Of a stretch of DNA of 64,000 bases, positions 43,141-57,542 are shown piece by piece (position 1 is the first letter of the stretch; each line of letters begins with the position of its first letter). The notes beneath the pieces were generated by a model that saw only the letters and a list, made by a program, of their open reading frames with translations, made no database searches and was not told the origin of the DNA. Origin of the DNA: Octopus sinensis (lineage: Eukaryota); assembly GCF_006345805.1 (NCBI RefSeq), contig NC_043004.1, positions 82,584,001 through 82,648,000 of the forward strand, given 5' to 3'. Both the position numbers and the translations under genes were made by a program.

Positions 43141-43479
43141 GTGAGGGCGCGTGGCTTAGTGGTTAGGGCATTCGGCTCATGATCGTAGGGTTGTGAGTTC
43201 GATTCCCGGCGACGCGTTGTGTCCTTGAGCAAGACACTTTATTTCACGTTGCTCCAGTCCACTCAGCTGGCAAAAATGAGTTGTACTTCTTTTTCAAAGG
43301 GTCAGCCTTGTCACTCTCTGTGTCACGCTGATTATCCCCGAGAACTACGTTAAGGGTACCCGTGTCTGTGGAATGCTCAGCCATTTGCACGTTAATTTCA
43401 CGAGCAAGCTGTTCCGTTGATCGTATCAGCTGTGACCCTCGTCGTCGTAACCGGCGGAGTCTTTAAAAAAAAAAAAAAA
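43141..43479 (+). mobile_element. Young tRNA-derived SINE with poly(A) tail and 14-bp TSD
   Basis: A box tggcttagtgg, B box gagttcgattcc, poly(A); TSD tatatatccatcta at 43127-43140 and 43480-43493; absent in paralogous units. Confidence 0.9.
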
Positions 43480-43507
43480 TATATATCCATCTAACTGTAT
43501 CCATATC

Positions 43508-43737
43508 TATTTCTTTATTACCCACAAGGGGCTAAAAACAGAGGGGACAAACAAGGACAGACATAGGTATTAAGTCGATTACATCGACCCCATTGCGTAA
43601 CTGGTACTTAATCTATCGACCCCGAAAGGATGAAATGCAAAGTCGACCTCGGTGGAATTTGAACTCACAACGTAACGCAGACGAAATACCCATAAGCATT
43701 TCGCCCGGCGTGCAAACGTTTCTGCCAGCTCGCCGCC
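43508..43737 (-). mobile_element. tRNA-derived SINE (paralog of 14222-14448)
   Basis: Same sequence and same flanking context as 14222-14448. Confidence 0.8.
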
Positions 43738-43776
43738 TATATCAATATCGTCTATCTATCTACCTGCCCATCTAAG

Positions 43777-43851
<75 letters not shown>

Positions 43852-43926
43852 GTATCTATGTATGTATGTATGTATGTATGTATGTATGTATCTATCTATC
43901 TATCTATCTAGCTATCTATTTATCTG

Positions 43927-43959
<33 letters not shown>

Positions 43960-44806
43960 CTATATATATATATATGTATATATATGTATATATATATACA
44001 TATATATATGTATATATATATATATATATGTGTGTATGTATGTATATATATGTATATATATATGTGTATATATATATGTATATATGTACATATATATAAA
44101 CCATAATACTAGATATTATGTACTTCGCCATTCCAAGTACACATTGAAATATCCATGCAGGTACATTGGACTTCGACTTGGGTAAAATGCATAAACATCA
44201 CACTGTAATTCATCCACTGATGCTGTATCACCTGATGAATTTGATTAATGATGTTGAAGAACCGGATGATCACGGACGATACGACCGATACTGTTCACAT
44301 CGCAATGATATAGTCTCTGATATTAAAGTTATGTAATTTGTTGAAACGCATGCCATTGAATCTCTTTAACAGAGGTTTTGATGGACCTCCTGGAGTCTTG
44401 CATGCATTGCGTGCTTGTTACTAGCGATGTTCCCGAAGCTGTTATCCATTCTATTCTGCTACATATTTCTTTCCTGTTTCTTCTCCTTGTCTGGTATTGT
44501 GTACAAGCAATTTCTGGATGACGAATGGACTTACACTGTGCAAGCACATTGCACCTTTTAGCGAAAGACGTTATCATTTGTTATAGTCTTATTAACACCA
44601 TTATTTGATACATTTCTTTAGACACATTTGACAAACATTGAGTTTTTTTGTTTCAATGTTAGCCACTAACCGGTCTTTTTATCGAGACACCATTCGTACT
44701 AAGTTTGGCAACTAAAACTACAGGACTCTTAAAACCCCTAAGTTGGGCCTGTTTCCGACGCATCGTAATTAATATTGTTATATACATACATACACACACA
44801 CACATA

Positions 44807-44884
<78 letters not shown>

Positions 44885-45398
44885 CATTATACATAATAAA
44901 CATAAACAATGTACATATATATAATTGTGTGTGTATATGCGTGTTGATATGTGCCTGTGTTTATCTGTGTGTAATGTTCGTGTGTAGAATTGTTTACAGA
45001 AACATACAAATATAAAGATGATACATACACAAACACCCACACGCACACACACATACACACACTCACCCACAGATTCATATACTATACGATTGTGTTCGGA
45101 AATGTTCCTGGTTTCGACGATAGAAAATACAATAGGAATAGTCGGTTGTGATTTTCCCGAACTTAGTTCACTCAATGAGGCTGCAACTAACGCACCTGTT
45201 GCAGCGTTGCTTCAGTCTCTGTAAGCCAATTAAAGGGTTACGAAATATCATGGCTCGAACAAGGCTTTTTGTGATACCCTTAAAACGAGGATATTTTTAG
45301 CACCACCCCCACCGCATATACATATACAAACACATGTATACGCACAGAAACCACAGAAACATACAATAAACATAACACATACACACACACACACATCA

Positions 45399-45461
<63 letters not shown>

Positions 45462-45890
45462 ATACATATATATATATATGTTATTCAAAGGAATTCCAAC
45501 TCGCGGTTTTTTAATGTTTTATTTATATTCTTATAATATGAATGTAGAAAATAAAATATATAGTATGAATAGTATATATAGAAAAATGAAATGAAGTGTT
45601 AATTGTCTTATTGAATGTATGAAATGTTGAATAGAAAATATTAAGGGACTAGTATAATTTCTTGCATTTAAGCAGTCTTCAATGTCTCAGGTTCTGACAC
45701 GGATGTTTCAACTGTGGCATATATATATATATATATATATAAATTTATATATAGAGGGCATTATACATACATGCCAGGAGGCATTCTACATACACGCCAT
45801 ACGCTAAGAGGGACAATCAGTCATTTCTACCAAAAATATTACTAATCCCACCGAATGCAATTTTTCAAAGAAAGACATTTAAAAATATAT

Positions 45891-45938
45891 AGACCTGTAT
45901 CACAGTGATTTCATACTTACGTAATCATCAGCAGGCCT
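45891..45938 (-). ncRNA. Minimal type I hammerhead ribozyme (repeat unit 1)
   Basis: aggcctg CTGATGA ttacgtaagtat GAAA tcactgtga TA caggtct; near-palindromic stem III with 1-nt loop. Confidence 0.72.
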
Positions 45939-46367
45939 GAATATACTATAAATAAAACGACCCTGCTTCGCTTAGCCGATCAGCTAACTGATCAACATCA
46001 ACGAAGCACATGGGTGAGTTTTTATATACTATATCCGGATTAATGGCAAACTTTTACGAATTGCATTTCGGGAGAGAAAAGTTTTTTCAAATTTTTCGAA
46101 TAAAATTTAGCAATTAAGGACAACTACTTAATAAGGAAAACTTAACAAGAAATTGTCAGGTAGATAGCGTAAAAACCTCATAAGATAAAAAATTTCGAAA
46201 ATAATTATTTCTTATTGAACATATTAATTTATATATAGAGGGTTATACATACATGCCAGGAGGTTCTACATACACGCATACGCTAAGAGGACAATCAGTC
46301 ATTTCTACCCAAAATATTACTAATCCCACCGAATGCATTTTTCAAAGAAAGACATTTAAAAATATAT

Positions 46368-46415
46368 AGACCTGTATCACAGTGATTTCATACTTACGTA
46401 ATCATCAGCAGGCCT
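46368..46415 (-). ncRNA. Minimal type I hammerhead ribozyme (repeat unit 2)
   Basis: Identical to 45891-45938, 477 nt away. Confidence 0.72.
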
Positions 46416-46778
46416 GAATATACTATAAATAAACAACGACCCTGCTTCGCTTAAGCCGATCAGCTAACTGATCAACATCAACGAAGCACATGGGTGAGTT
46501 TATATATACTATATCCGGATGAATGGCAACTTTTACGAATTGCATTCGGGAGAGGAAAAGTTTTTCGGAGAATAAAATTTAGCAATTAAGGACAACTACT
46601 TAATAAGGAAAACTTAACAAGAAATTGTCAGGTAGATAGCGTAAAAACTCATAAGAGAAAAAATTTCGAAAATAATTATTTCTTATTGAACATATAATGT
46701 ATATATAGAGGGCATTATACATACATGCCAGGAGGCATTCTACATACACGCCATACGGCATTCTACATACACGCTATA

Positions 46779-46837
<59 letters not shown>

Positions 46838-46984
46838 GAACTGTCTTGCTGGTAAGAAGCTTGCTTCCCAACCGCACGGTTTCGCTTTCGTTTGGCACAT
46901 GTCTTCTACCATTGCTTTGGGCTGACAAAACCCTTCTCAGTGTGTTTGGTAGAGGAAAACTTAAGAAGCCTGTCGAAAATATGC

Positions 46985-47058
<74 letters not shown>

Positions 47059-47125
47059 GTATGTATGTAGTATGTATGTATTGCGTGTCTGTCTTTGTCA
47101 CCCATACCAGAGCTTAACAACTGAT

Positions 47126-47852
47126 CGTATAATTGTATATATTTATGCACTATTTCTTCTGTTTCATATCAATCTACGGTCTGATCAAATTCTTCAGTAA
47201 ATCTAAAGAGAAAGAATACGGGAAGCATTCACCGAACTTACAATTAAAGAAGACGATGAAAAATTCTATAACAATAACATAATATTTTCTTTTATATCTC
47301 TTTCTATAATGATGTTGATGCCGCCTATTATACTCAATATCATAGTATACGTTCTCCCGTTTTGATGTACAATGTTCGGAATTCCTCAAAAAATTATTTA
47401 AATACCAGAAAACTCTTGAATTTATCATTTCATTAATTTTCACTTTATTTGGTTTTATATCATTTACGTGCATACTCTATCAATATCAATATGGCAATTG
47501 GGACTGCACTGCAGTATGAGTTTAATAAAGTAGCGAGCGAGGCTGAGAGATACGTAAAAGAAAAGCATTCAAATACTTCGTATTTCTTTAAGAAATATAA
47601 AGACATTCCAGAAATATGTAACTCACATAATACTCTGAGTAAAACATTGAATTTATTGAATGAATCATTACAATTGTCTTCGGGATTTATCGTACTCATT
47701 AGTATTACTGGATGCTGTGTTGCTACTTATATAATTATAAATCATTCATTTCAAAATACATTCTCTGAACACACTTCCGTTATATTTGTGCTTCATTGAA
47801 CACGATGCTTTTGATCAGGACGATGTGGATTGGAGTTCGTTTTAATATATCG
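47126..47852 (+). pseudogene. GRL-like exon copy 7, 5'-truncated (sister of copy 4)
   Basis: Same SINE junction as copy 4; frameshifts; donor TCG|GTAAGT at 47853. Confidence 0.85.
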
Positions 47853-48734
47853 GTAAGTCATATAATATATAATCGCAATTATTCTTTAATTTTATATTCC
47901 ATAACACATCATAAAAAATATCGAAGATATTATCCTAATTAAATCGGTCTTTGGAATTACGTGATATATTTCCTTCCGATATCCGTCTTGTATCTTTTGA
48001 TTCCCAAAGATGAACATGAGATAGAGGTGATATAATGGAAAAACATCTTCCATTGCTGCCACAATGGTTATTATTTCTTCAGCCAAAAAATGTTGCCTTG
48101 CATTCGATCTATCTATCTCTCGTTCTCTGTCTTTATTCTTGGACTTTGCTAAATATATATATATTTATATCCGTTCTGCCTGTCCGGCTGTGTGTCTTCT
48201 CGGATCTCGTGCATTCTCCATCCGATTGCGCTCATATGTGATGTGTAGATATCGACGGTATCAGGGCGTATATAAGTTTTGAAGAAATTACAAAAATCGA
48301 GTGATGTGTAGATATCGACGGTATCAGGGCGTATATAAGTTTTGAAGAAATTACAAAAATCGATTCCAGGTGAGAATGCGATCGATAAAGTCGTTTTTGT
48401 ACTGCTTTCCTTCAGTTGTTTTTGTACTGCTTAAAGGCACGTTTTTCTTCCTGCCAAGCTTACTGTTTAAACCATGTTTGTGGTCTACCAGTCAACAGCC
48501 TTATCATTACTGTTATCTTAATTTCTTCATTTGCATATGTGCATAAATAAAATCTTTTTCTTTAGAATAGAAAACTATGTCTATCTTTATTTCTTCTTTT
48601 GCTGGTGTCTCAAATTTAGGTTAAATCAGAGTTTCGCAAAGGCGAGGGCTATTGGGACGGTCGGACTTGTTGTTTTGAGAATATTTTGTTTTAATATTTG
48701 ACAAGCTGTCTATTGTACGGGGGATAGTTGCTCG

Positions 48735-48816
<82 letters not shown>

Positions 48817-49055
48817 AGTAAAGATCAAGTACTTCTCCATTCAAGTACACACGGAAATATCCACATAGCTACGTTAATCTTCATGTTGGTAAAAAGGGAA
48901 TAAACCTACATCTGTGATACATTCACTGATATATTTTTACCCTAATGGAATGGATTAATGATGTTGATCAAATGGATTATTACAGATAATACGGACTATA
49001 TTGTACTCATACACATACATATATATAACAGTTAATACACACATACACAACACGC

Positions 49056-49119
<64 letters not shown>

Positions 49120-49884
49120 GTGTGTTCGGAAATGTTCTGGCGTAGGCAAAAATGAATTAGGAGATCAGTCGGTTATGATACCCTGAAAAGCGCTGCCTGA
49201 CTCTGCGACTCACGAAACTATTGCAGCCGTGCTCCAGTTCCTCTAAGGCATGTAAATGAAATTCTGGGCTCCATGAGGGCCTTTCGCGATATTCTTAAAG
49301 CTTTGGTATTTTAGCACCCACTCGCATATACAAATACAAACACATGCACACTCCTACACTCCTACACACACATAATGACACGTAAAACAAACATACCACA
49401 CGCACAAAACATGAGTATATTCATATATATATATAATATATATATATATATAATATATATATATATGTGTGGGTTGTGTGTGTGTGTGTACATATATGTG
49501 TGAGTGTGTATGTATAATTAGTTCAATGAATTCATATTCGTATTATCGATTATATAATCCAAATTATTCACTCGTTTTATCCGTATAATATAATGCGAAC
49601 TTTCAGGAATATTGAAACTATCAACACTGGGATTGGGGAGTGGGGGTGAGAAGATAATGGAAAATTAATTGATGTAATTATTAATCTATTTGTATGTAAT
49701 AAAAAGATGACATTTAAAAAATACATATAAAAAGATTACAAGTTAAAAGCTCAAACAAATGTAAATCGAAACGCTTTATACAATACAAACTAATGGAGAA
49801 TAATATAATATTGATACTGTAATCAATATACTTGCGAAAAATCAAATGAACATCAGAGTAATATCACACAAAATTTCATTCATA

Positions 49885-49935
<51 letters not shown>

Positions 49936-49975
49936 GGGGAGAGTTCACGGAAAAAACAAAAGACGAAGACAGGTA

Positions 49976-50033
<58 letters not shown>

Positions 50034-50698
50034 TTAGCAATTAAGGACAACTACTTAATAAGGAAAACTTAACAAGAAATTGTCAGGTAGATAGCGTGAA
50101 AACCTCATAAGAGAAAAATGCAATTTTTCAAAGTACGACATTTAAAAAAATATATATATATATATACATATATTGTTAATTGAATATAAATCATCTGAGA
50201 ATTATATGTCTTAAGAATCTTAGCGAGCCATATTTAATTTAATATATATTTTGCATCAATAGCAACAGTTTTGAAATAATTCCTACATACAAACGAAGCG
50301 GGAGACATTATTTAACAGCTTTATCCGATATCTATATTTCCAGTTCTTTCGTAACACATGGAGCTTTGCAACACTGAACTTATTATTAAAGCAAAATTGA
50401 AAATTAGATAACTTATACAGAAATAAAGCATCTGTCTTTAATTTCAACGTGTTTAACTCTCTAAATAGAAGTTGTGAGAAATATTTTATTACAAAAAGTA
50501 TGGAACTAAAAAAGCACGATTCTATAAATTAATACAATTTTCGTAAACACATGGAGCTTTTCAACACTGAACTTATTATTAAAGCAAAATTGAAAATTAG
50601 ATAACTTATACAAATAAAGCATCTGTCTTTAATTTCATCCACGTGTTTAACCTCTCTAAATAGAATTGTGAGAAATAGAAGTTTTATTTACAAAAAGT

Positions 50699-50956
50699 AT
50701 GGAACTAAAAAGCACGATTCTATAAATTACTACAATTTTATGGGAAAATTAATATTTGTAAGATATCACTTATGAACATATCACTGAAATTTCTCAAATG
50801 TAAAAATATCTGTATCTCTGCCTTTTATACACTGTATTCTATATATCTGATTACAGCTCCCATTATATATATTTACGATATAATAGAATCGTATCATATT
50901 GAAACTCATAACATATATGTATATATTAGTGCAATATATTTTCAGTGTTATATATA

Positions 50957-50992
<36 letters not shown>

Positions 50993-51848
50993 TGTATGTA
51001 TGTATGTATGTTATGTATGCATGTATGTATGTATGTATGTATGTATGTATGTATGTATTTGTATGTATTTGTGTGTCTGTCTTTGTCACCCATACCAGAG
51101 CTTAACAACTGATCGTATTATTGTATATATTAATGCACTATTTCTTCTGTGTTTGATATCAATCTACTGTCGGATCAAATTCTTCCGGAATTCTAAAGAC
51201 AAAGAAATACTCGAAGCATTTACCGAACTTAAAATTGAAGAAGACGATGAATAATTCTATAACAATAGCTTAATATTTTCTTTTATATCACTTTCTATAG
51301 TGACATTACTGCCGCCTATTATAATCGATATTATGTACTACGTTCCCTCGTTTCTCATGAAGTCTGTTTCGAATTCCACAGCAAATTATTTAAACAGCAG
51401 CAAAACTATTGAGTTAATTATTTCGTTAAATTTCATTGTATTTGATTTTACATCACATACGTACATACTGTTTGATTGGTATATCAATATGGCAATTGGA
51501 ACTGCACTGCAGTATGAGTCTAATAAAGTAGCGAGCGAGGCTGAGAGATACGTAAAAGAAAAGCAATCAAATACTTTGTAATTCTCTAAGAACTATAAAG
51601 AGATTCCAGAAATATGTAACTCACATGATACTCTGAGTAAAATACTGAATTTAGTAAATGAATCAGATCAGTTTTATTCAGGATTGATCGTACTCATTAG
51701 TATTACTGGATGTTGTGTTACTACTTATATAATTGTAAATTCTTCATTTCAAAATACATTGCTTGAACTCACTTCCATTATATATGTGGCTTCGTTCAAC
51801 AAGATTCTTTTAATAACGATGTGGATTGGAGTTCGTTTAAATAAATCG
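50699..51848 (+). pseudogene. GRL-like exon copy 8, chimeric and disrupted
   Basis: Frameshift just after ATG; (TATG)n plus SINE remnant inside TM2; stops at 51252 and 51579; donor TCG|GTACGT at 51849; start region tandemly duplicated (extra ATG at 50500). Confidence 0.85.
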
Positions 51849-52107
51849 GTACGTTATATAATAATATATAATCGTACTTCTTCTTCAATTCTATTTTACA
51901 TATTACATCATAAAAGATATCGAATATACTATCCCAATTTCATTGGTATTTTAAATGTATGTGATATCTTATCTTCCGATATCCGTCCTGCATCTTTTGA
52001 TTTCCAAATGTGAACATTAGATGGCGGTGAAATAATGGACGAAAATCTTACATCTCTAACACCGTGACAATTATCTCTACCGTCATGCAATTTTTCTCTC
52101 ATTCCAA

Positions 52108-54840
52108 GTCCAAGCAAAAGCCCTAATAATACGAAGATTTGAGAAGAGAAACAACTCTTACAAGCAAAATAAGCTGTTCACATCCAATGCCAAAAAATTC
52201 TACAGAGAACTAGGGAAGGAGAAAGTAACCGTTAAAGACCACCCCTCCCATTGAAGAAGTTCAAAACTTTTGGAAAAGGTTTTGGAGTGACAAGAAGAGG
52301 TACAACATAAATGCAGACTGGATTATACAAACTGAAGGATCCTACCAAAATTTACAACAACAAGCATGGGAAGACATCACAATAGCAGACCTAAGAAAGG
52401 CACTCACGAAGGCCCATAATTGGAAATCCCCCGGTAAAGATAGGGTGCCGAATTTCTGGCTCGCATCGCTCCCATGCGCACACGGTAAGCTAGATCAGCT
52501 GCTCAATGGAATTATGAGAGACCCAAAGAAAACACCTGAATGGTTAGCAAGTGGTATTACTTACCTACTCCCAAAGAATAACGAAACCAACTTTCCAAAA
52601 AACTATCGGTCTACAACCTGTCTATCCACCACGTGTAAAATCCTAACATCTATCCTGGCGGAGAAAACATATGCATTCATGGAGAAGAACGATATTTTCC
52701 CCATTGAACAAAAAGAGTGCCGCCGAAGCTCATACGGATGCAAAGATCAACTGCTAATTAATCGTATGATCGTTGAGAACTGTCACAACAAGCTCAGAAA
52801 TCTCAGCTCCGCATGGATTGACTATAAAAAGGCCTTCGACAGTATACCGCATCAATGGATCTTGAGATCGCTGGACATCTTCAAAATTTCCCCTGCGATT
52901 TCAAGCTTCCTGAAGCACAATATGTCGTTGTGGAATACGAATCTCCAATTATACCACTCTAATGGAGTACTTGCCTCAGAAAATATAAACATCAACTGTG
53001 GAATTTTTCAAGGTGACTCACTTTCACCTTTAATATTCTGCATAGCCCTAATACCCCTTACAAGTGAATTAAACAGAATAGGGTATGGGTATAAATTTGC
53101 CAATAAAAAATAAGCCATCTATTTTATATGGATGACTTAAAACTCTATGGTAAAGACGATAATGAACTTGAAGGCCTATTATGCACTGTGAAAGCATTCA
53201 GCGATGACATCGGGATGGAGTTTGGGCTTGAGAAGTGTGCCAAGGCCATTTTCCAGAAAGGGAAAGTGAAGACCACAAATTCAGTCGTGTTAGATGTTGA
53301 CACAGTCATAAGAGAGCTTGGGCAAGAACAAACATACAAATATTTAGGGATAAATGAAGGCTCTGGTATTCAGCATGCAAGCATGAAAGAGAAGACCAGG
53401 AAGGAATATTATAGGAGAGTTCGTGCAGTCCTGAAATCTGAACTAAATGCACGTAACAAGGTGTTAGCTAAAAATTCCTTAGCAGTTCCAGTTGTTACTT
53501 ATAGTTACAATGTGTTGAACTGGAATATGAGTGAAGTAAAGAATATAGATAGGAAAATAAGCAAGCTGTTGAGTTGTAATAGGATGCACCACCCAAAGGC
53601 ATACGTAGATCGCCTTTACCTTCCCAGAGTCCAAGAAGATCGAAGCCTGGTCCAATTTGAACTAGCTTACAAAACAACCACAATTGGACTGGCCAAATAT
53701 CTTGAAATAACGAATGACTGGATGCTAAAGGTCGTGGAAAATCACGAGAGACGAAAGAGGCTTCATTCTATCATAAAGGAAAGCAAAAGATTTGCTATTG
53801 ATCACGTGCAGGATACCCAAACTGAACAACCCGAGGGAAGTACGGCAACTATTGTTGCAAAGAAGGTGAAAATAATGGCAACAAAAAGCGCACGAGCAAT
53901 TGGCTGATAGGTGGGAGGAGAAACCTCTGCACGGCAAGTATGTGGCCCGCAGCAAACAAGCTGATGTTGACCAGAAGCAAACTCATCAGTGGCTACTGTG
54001 CTCAGGGCTAAAAGCAGAGAGCGAAGGTTTCATCCTGGCTGCTGAAGATCAAAGCCTATTAACCCGGAACTACCAGGCCAATGTGATGAAAACTGGAGCA
54101 GACCCAAAATGTCGATTCTGCAACGACATGATTGAAACAGTGGACCACCTAATCTCTGGATGTAAAGTCTTAGCACCAGTGGAGTATAAATTAAGACATG
54201 ACAGAGTTGGCCAATATCTCCACTGGCTAATAAGTCGGCATTACAATATCAAAATGCCGACAAGTGGTATAATCACCACCCTGAAGCTGTAACTGAAGGA
54301 GAAAATGTAACGATTCTGTGGGACTTTTCAGTACATACAGACCGAACATCAAAGCCAATAGACCAGATATTGTTGTGAAAGACCAAAACAATAAAGTTTG
54401 CTTATTGATCGGCATGAGCATCCCCTGTGATCATAATATCTCGGCGAAAGAGTTTGACAAGCTCAGAAAATATAAAGACCTGCTCATTGAAATTGAGAAA
54501 ATGTGGCATCTCAAGGCGGTAACAATAGCTGTGATCGTAGGAGCACTAGGAATAATCAAGAAGGGAACCGGAAAGTATATGAGAATGATCCCTGGTTTAC
54601 CATCCCTGCAAGCAGTGCAAAAGATTGTCTTAACTGGTACATCACACGTATTGAGAAGAGCATTGTCGATGTGAGAACTATTACTACCCATATATTTTAA
54701 TTTAACTTAAAAAAAAATTGAACGAACTATTGAGTTTAGTTTAATGGCCTACCAATGTGTACTATGAGTTTCTTTGCCCTAGGAGTCGGGAAGACACTCG
54801 GCAAGAAATGGAAGCAAATTTGAAAGAAGAATAAAAGCAA
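52108..54840 (+). mobile_element. 5'-truncated R4/Dong-like RLE LINE (second family), decayed
   Basis: WKSPGKD, QGDSLSP, YMDD, CRFC..ETVDHLISGC, RHD, RPDI, KLRKY; frameshifts; ends in (AAT)n. Confidence 0.88.
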
Positions 54841-54856
54841 TAATAATAATAATAAA

Positions 54857-55412
54857 TACCCTGATGCAGTACCAGATGGAGCTCTCATGGCTTCTGATCT
54901 TAAATGATTGAAAGTGTTATCATATACATTGTTTTGTTTTGGTATAAAAGATTGGCTATAGCAAATATTCTGCCCAATACCACCGATTTGCTTGTCAGTT
55001 GTTTGACCTTGACCATTTGGACATGTCCCTTAATGGCTGACGTTATGTGCATCTCTGATCACGAGCAGAAGTAGTAGGGGAGCATCATAGCCATGTGTTG
55101 AAAGGAATTCTTAGAGGTTTGGATAATTCACCTCTGAAAACATGGGTGGTTCGTTCAACATCCTTAAACAATCCTCATTCAGGGACCTTTTGAGCGGGAT
55201 GGGCTACTCGACCAGAAGAAAATTTTAACTGGGCCCCCTCCTGCAAGGTCATGCGTTGTTTATCTTGATATGAGATCACCATGTCGCGCACATATGGTTA
55301 TGATGCATGTTCCTGATGTATCCTTATCAGACGGGTAGTCATGATGGGTATACTGGGCTTCGTATATTTTACCCCAGTGTCACTTTGATGGCATGAACTG
55401 CTCTGTCACTCA
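54857..55412 (+). repeat. Unclassified ~550-bp insertion within the (AAT)n tract
   Basis: Non-coding, bounded by AAT repeats on both sides, absent from paralogous units. Confidence 0.55.
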
Positions 55413-55613
55413 ATAATAATAATCATAATAACAATATGGAGCCCACCATCCGAGCGCTGATGTCAACCGGCTGTACTTGGGGACAGATCAAGTTGGGAGA
55501 GGCTTAACAGCAGTAGAAAAGGTATGCAGATGGAGAGCAAGTGTGTTATAGAGTACCTAGAGAGCACTACAGATAGAGTACTAAAGTACAAACTTATATA
55601 CATAAATACATAC

Positions 55614-55681
<68 letters not shown>

Positions 55682-55804
55682 AAAGCTATAAAGATTCAAG
55701 TTAATTTAAATGAATTTACTTGAATATGGTACCTAACTTAGATGCACCAAAAAAAAACTATACTGTTTTAACAATACAGTAATGTGGGGTGATTATAAGC
55801 GAGA

Positions 55805-56691
55805 AAGAAGCAACAAGAATGGATAGGTTTTTAGTACAATCGTTTCATACAAGGACAGGCTTTATTAAAAGTTGTAAAAATTACAGCATATAAACGTGTC
55901 CCGTACTCATCAGCTAAAATACATGTGAGTTCTCTAGACATCCTAGTGGTTGAGGCTATACTCATGAAGTAATGTAGATAATTAAGTAACATAAACAGAT
56001 TTCCAAAGTTCATTAAAGTTCTTTAAAGATGATGTACAGTCTTATCACAGAATTTTAAAAAAGTTTTAATAGCATCACAGAGAAGGTGACCTAATCCATA
56101 GAGCACATATGAATTTCCAGAGATATGATGAGGGATTACATACTCACAGAAGACAAATTTATCCATTGTTAATCACAACGAGGTGGGTCTCAATTCCTGC
56201 TTATTAGCATTACAGAGAGGGTGAATTAATCCTTTGTATAGATGCACAATTTGTGCATCTATACAAAGGATTAATTCACCCTCTCTGTAATGCTAATAAG
56301 CAGGAATTGAGACCCACCTCGTTGTGATTAACAATGGATAAATTTGTCTTCTGTGAGTATGTAATCCCTCATCATATCTCTGGAAATTCATATGTGCTCT
56401 ATGGATTAGGTCACCTTCTCTGTGATGCTATTAAAACTTTTTAAAATTCTGTGATAAGACTGTACATCATCTTTAAAGAACTTTAATGAACTTTGGAAAT
56501 CTGTTTATGTTACTTAATTATCTACATTACTTCATGAGTATAGCCTCAACCACTAGGATGTCTAGAGAACTCACATGTATTTTAGCTGATGAGTACGGGA
56601 CACGTTTATATGCTGTAATTTTTACAACTTTTAATAAAGCCTGTCCTTGTATGAAACGATTGTACTAAAAACCTATCCATTCTTGTTGCTT

Positions 56692-56695
<4 letters not shown>
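55805..56695. repeat. Palindrome with 445-bp arms and 1-nt loop (56250)
   Basis: Arms are reverse complements wherever checked; identical 60-aa ORFs are called on both strands. Confidence 0.95.
56580..56670 (+). ncRNA. Type I hammerhead ribozyme with extended stem II (mirror copy 55830-55920 on -)
   Basis: ttttag CTGATGA gtacgggaca...tgtccttgtat GAAA cgattg TA ctaaaa. Confidence 0.78.
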
Positions 56696-56776
<81 letters not shown>

Positions 56777-57080
56777 CACACACACAGTCAAGGCAGAAAA
56801 TGCTAAAATGATTTTATAAAATCATTGCAGTACCTGTTACATTTAATTTTTGGATATTTAATTGTTTTCCATACTTACAGTTGAAAATGTCTCAATAACC
56901 GAAAACGGTAATGTTTTTTATAAAATATTTTTAGGATTTTCTATCTTGAATTAATTTCCATGTATATCAACTCGTGTATTCCTTTTCAAAATTCTACACA
57001 CACACACACATACACACACACACAAACACACACACACACGCACACACATATATATATATATATTTATATATAAGCCCAGA

Positions 57081-57173
<93 letters not shown>

Positions 57174-57542
57174 AAGAAAACACAAAATGGAGAAATATTG
57201 AGGAACAACAATTGAATGACATCAATTATTATTAATTCAATACAAATAGACACCATCCCATCTAAGATTTGTTTCTACTTACTATTTTGTATGATATTGC
57301 CATTGACCTGCTAGAAACATATATATTTTGTAATAAAATCGATCTGAAACATGGAGCTACATCAGATAGAAGAAAAATTAGAAAGGAAGAGCCTAGAGAA
57401 GAAAAAGGAACAGTGTGGGTATGGATAAAATTATAATATTTTGCTTGTGTATATCTTTGGTACGTTAAGATCAATATCCAACTATCTATCTATCTATATC
57501 TATCTATATCTATCTATATCTCTCTATATGTATTTATGTTTG

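Larger units (their letters stand above)
45745..46760 (-). repeat. ~480-bp tandem repeat (2 units + partial), each unit carrying a hammerhead motif
   Basis: Unit start atagagggcattatacatacatgccagg recurs at ~45750, ~46235 and ~46705; a fragment also lies at 50034-50140. Confidence 0.88.

Noticed and set aside
43143-43210. tRNA gene
   Set aside because: tRNA-like SINE head followed by SINE body, poly(A) and TSD; the same reasoning applies to the heads at ~57850-57925 and ~60660-60740.
45647-45690. Further hammerhead-like traces (also ~56877-56912 and ~63587-63642)
   Set aside because: Cores or stems too degenerate to call.
48238-48363. Perfect 63-bp tandem duplication
   Set aside because: Single local duplication or assembly artefact; no spacers, so not CRISPR-like.
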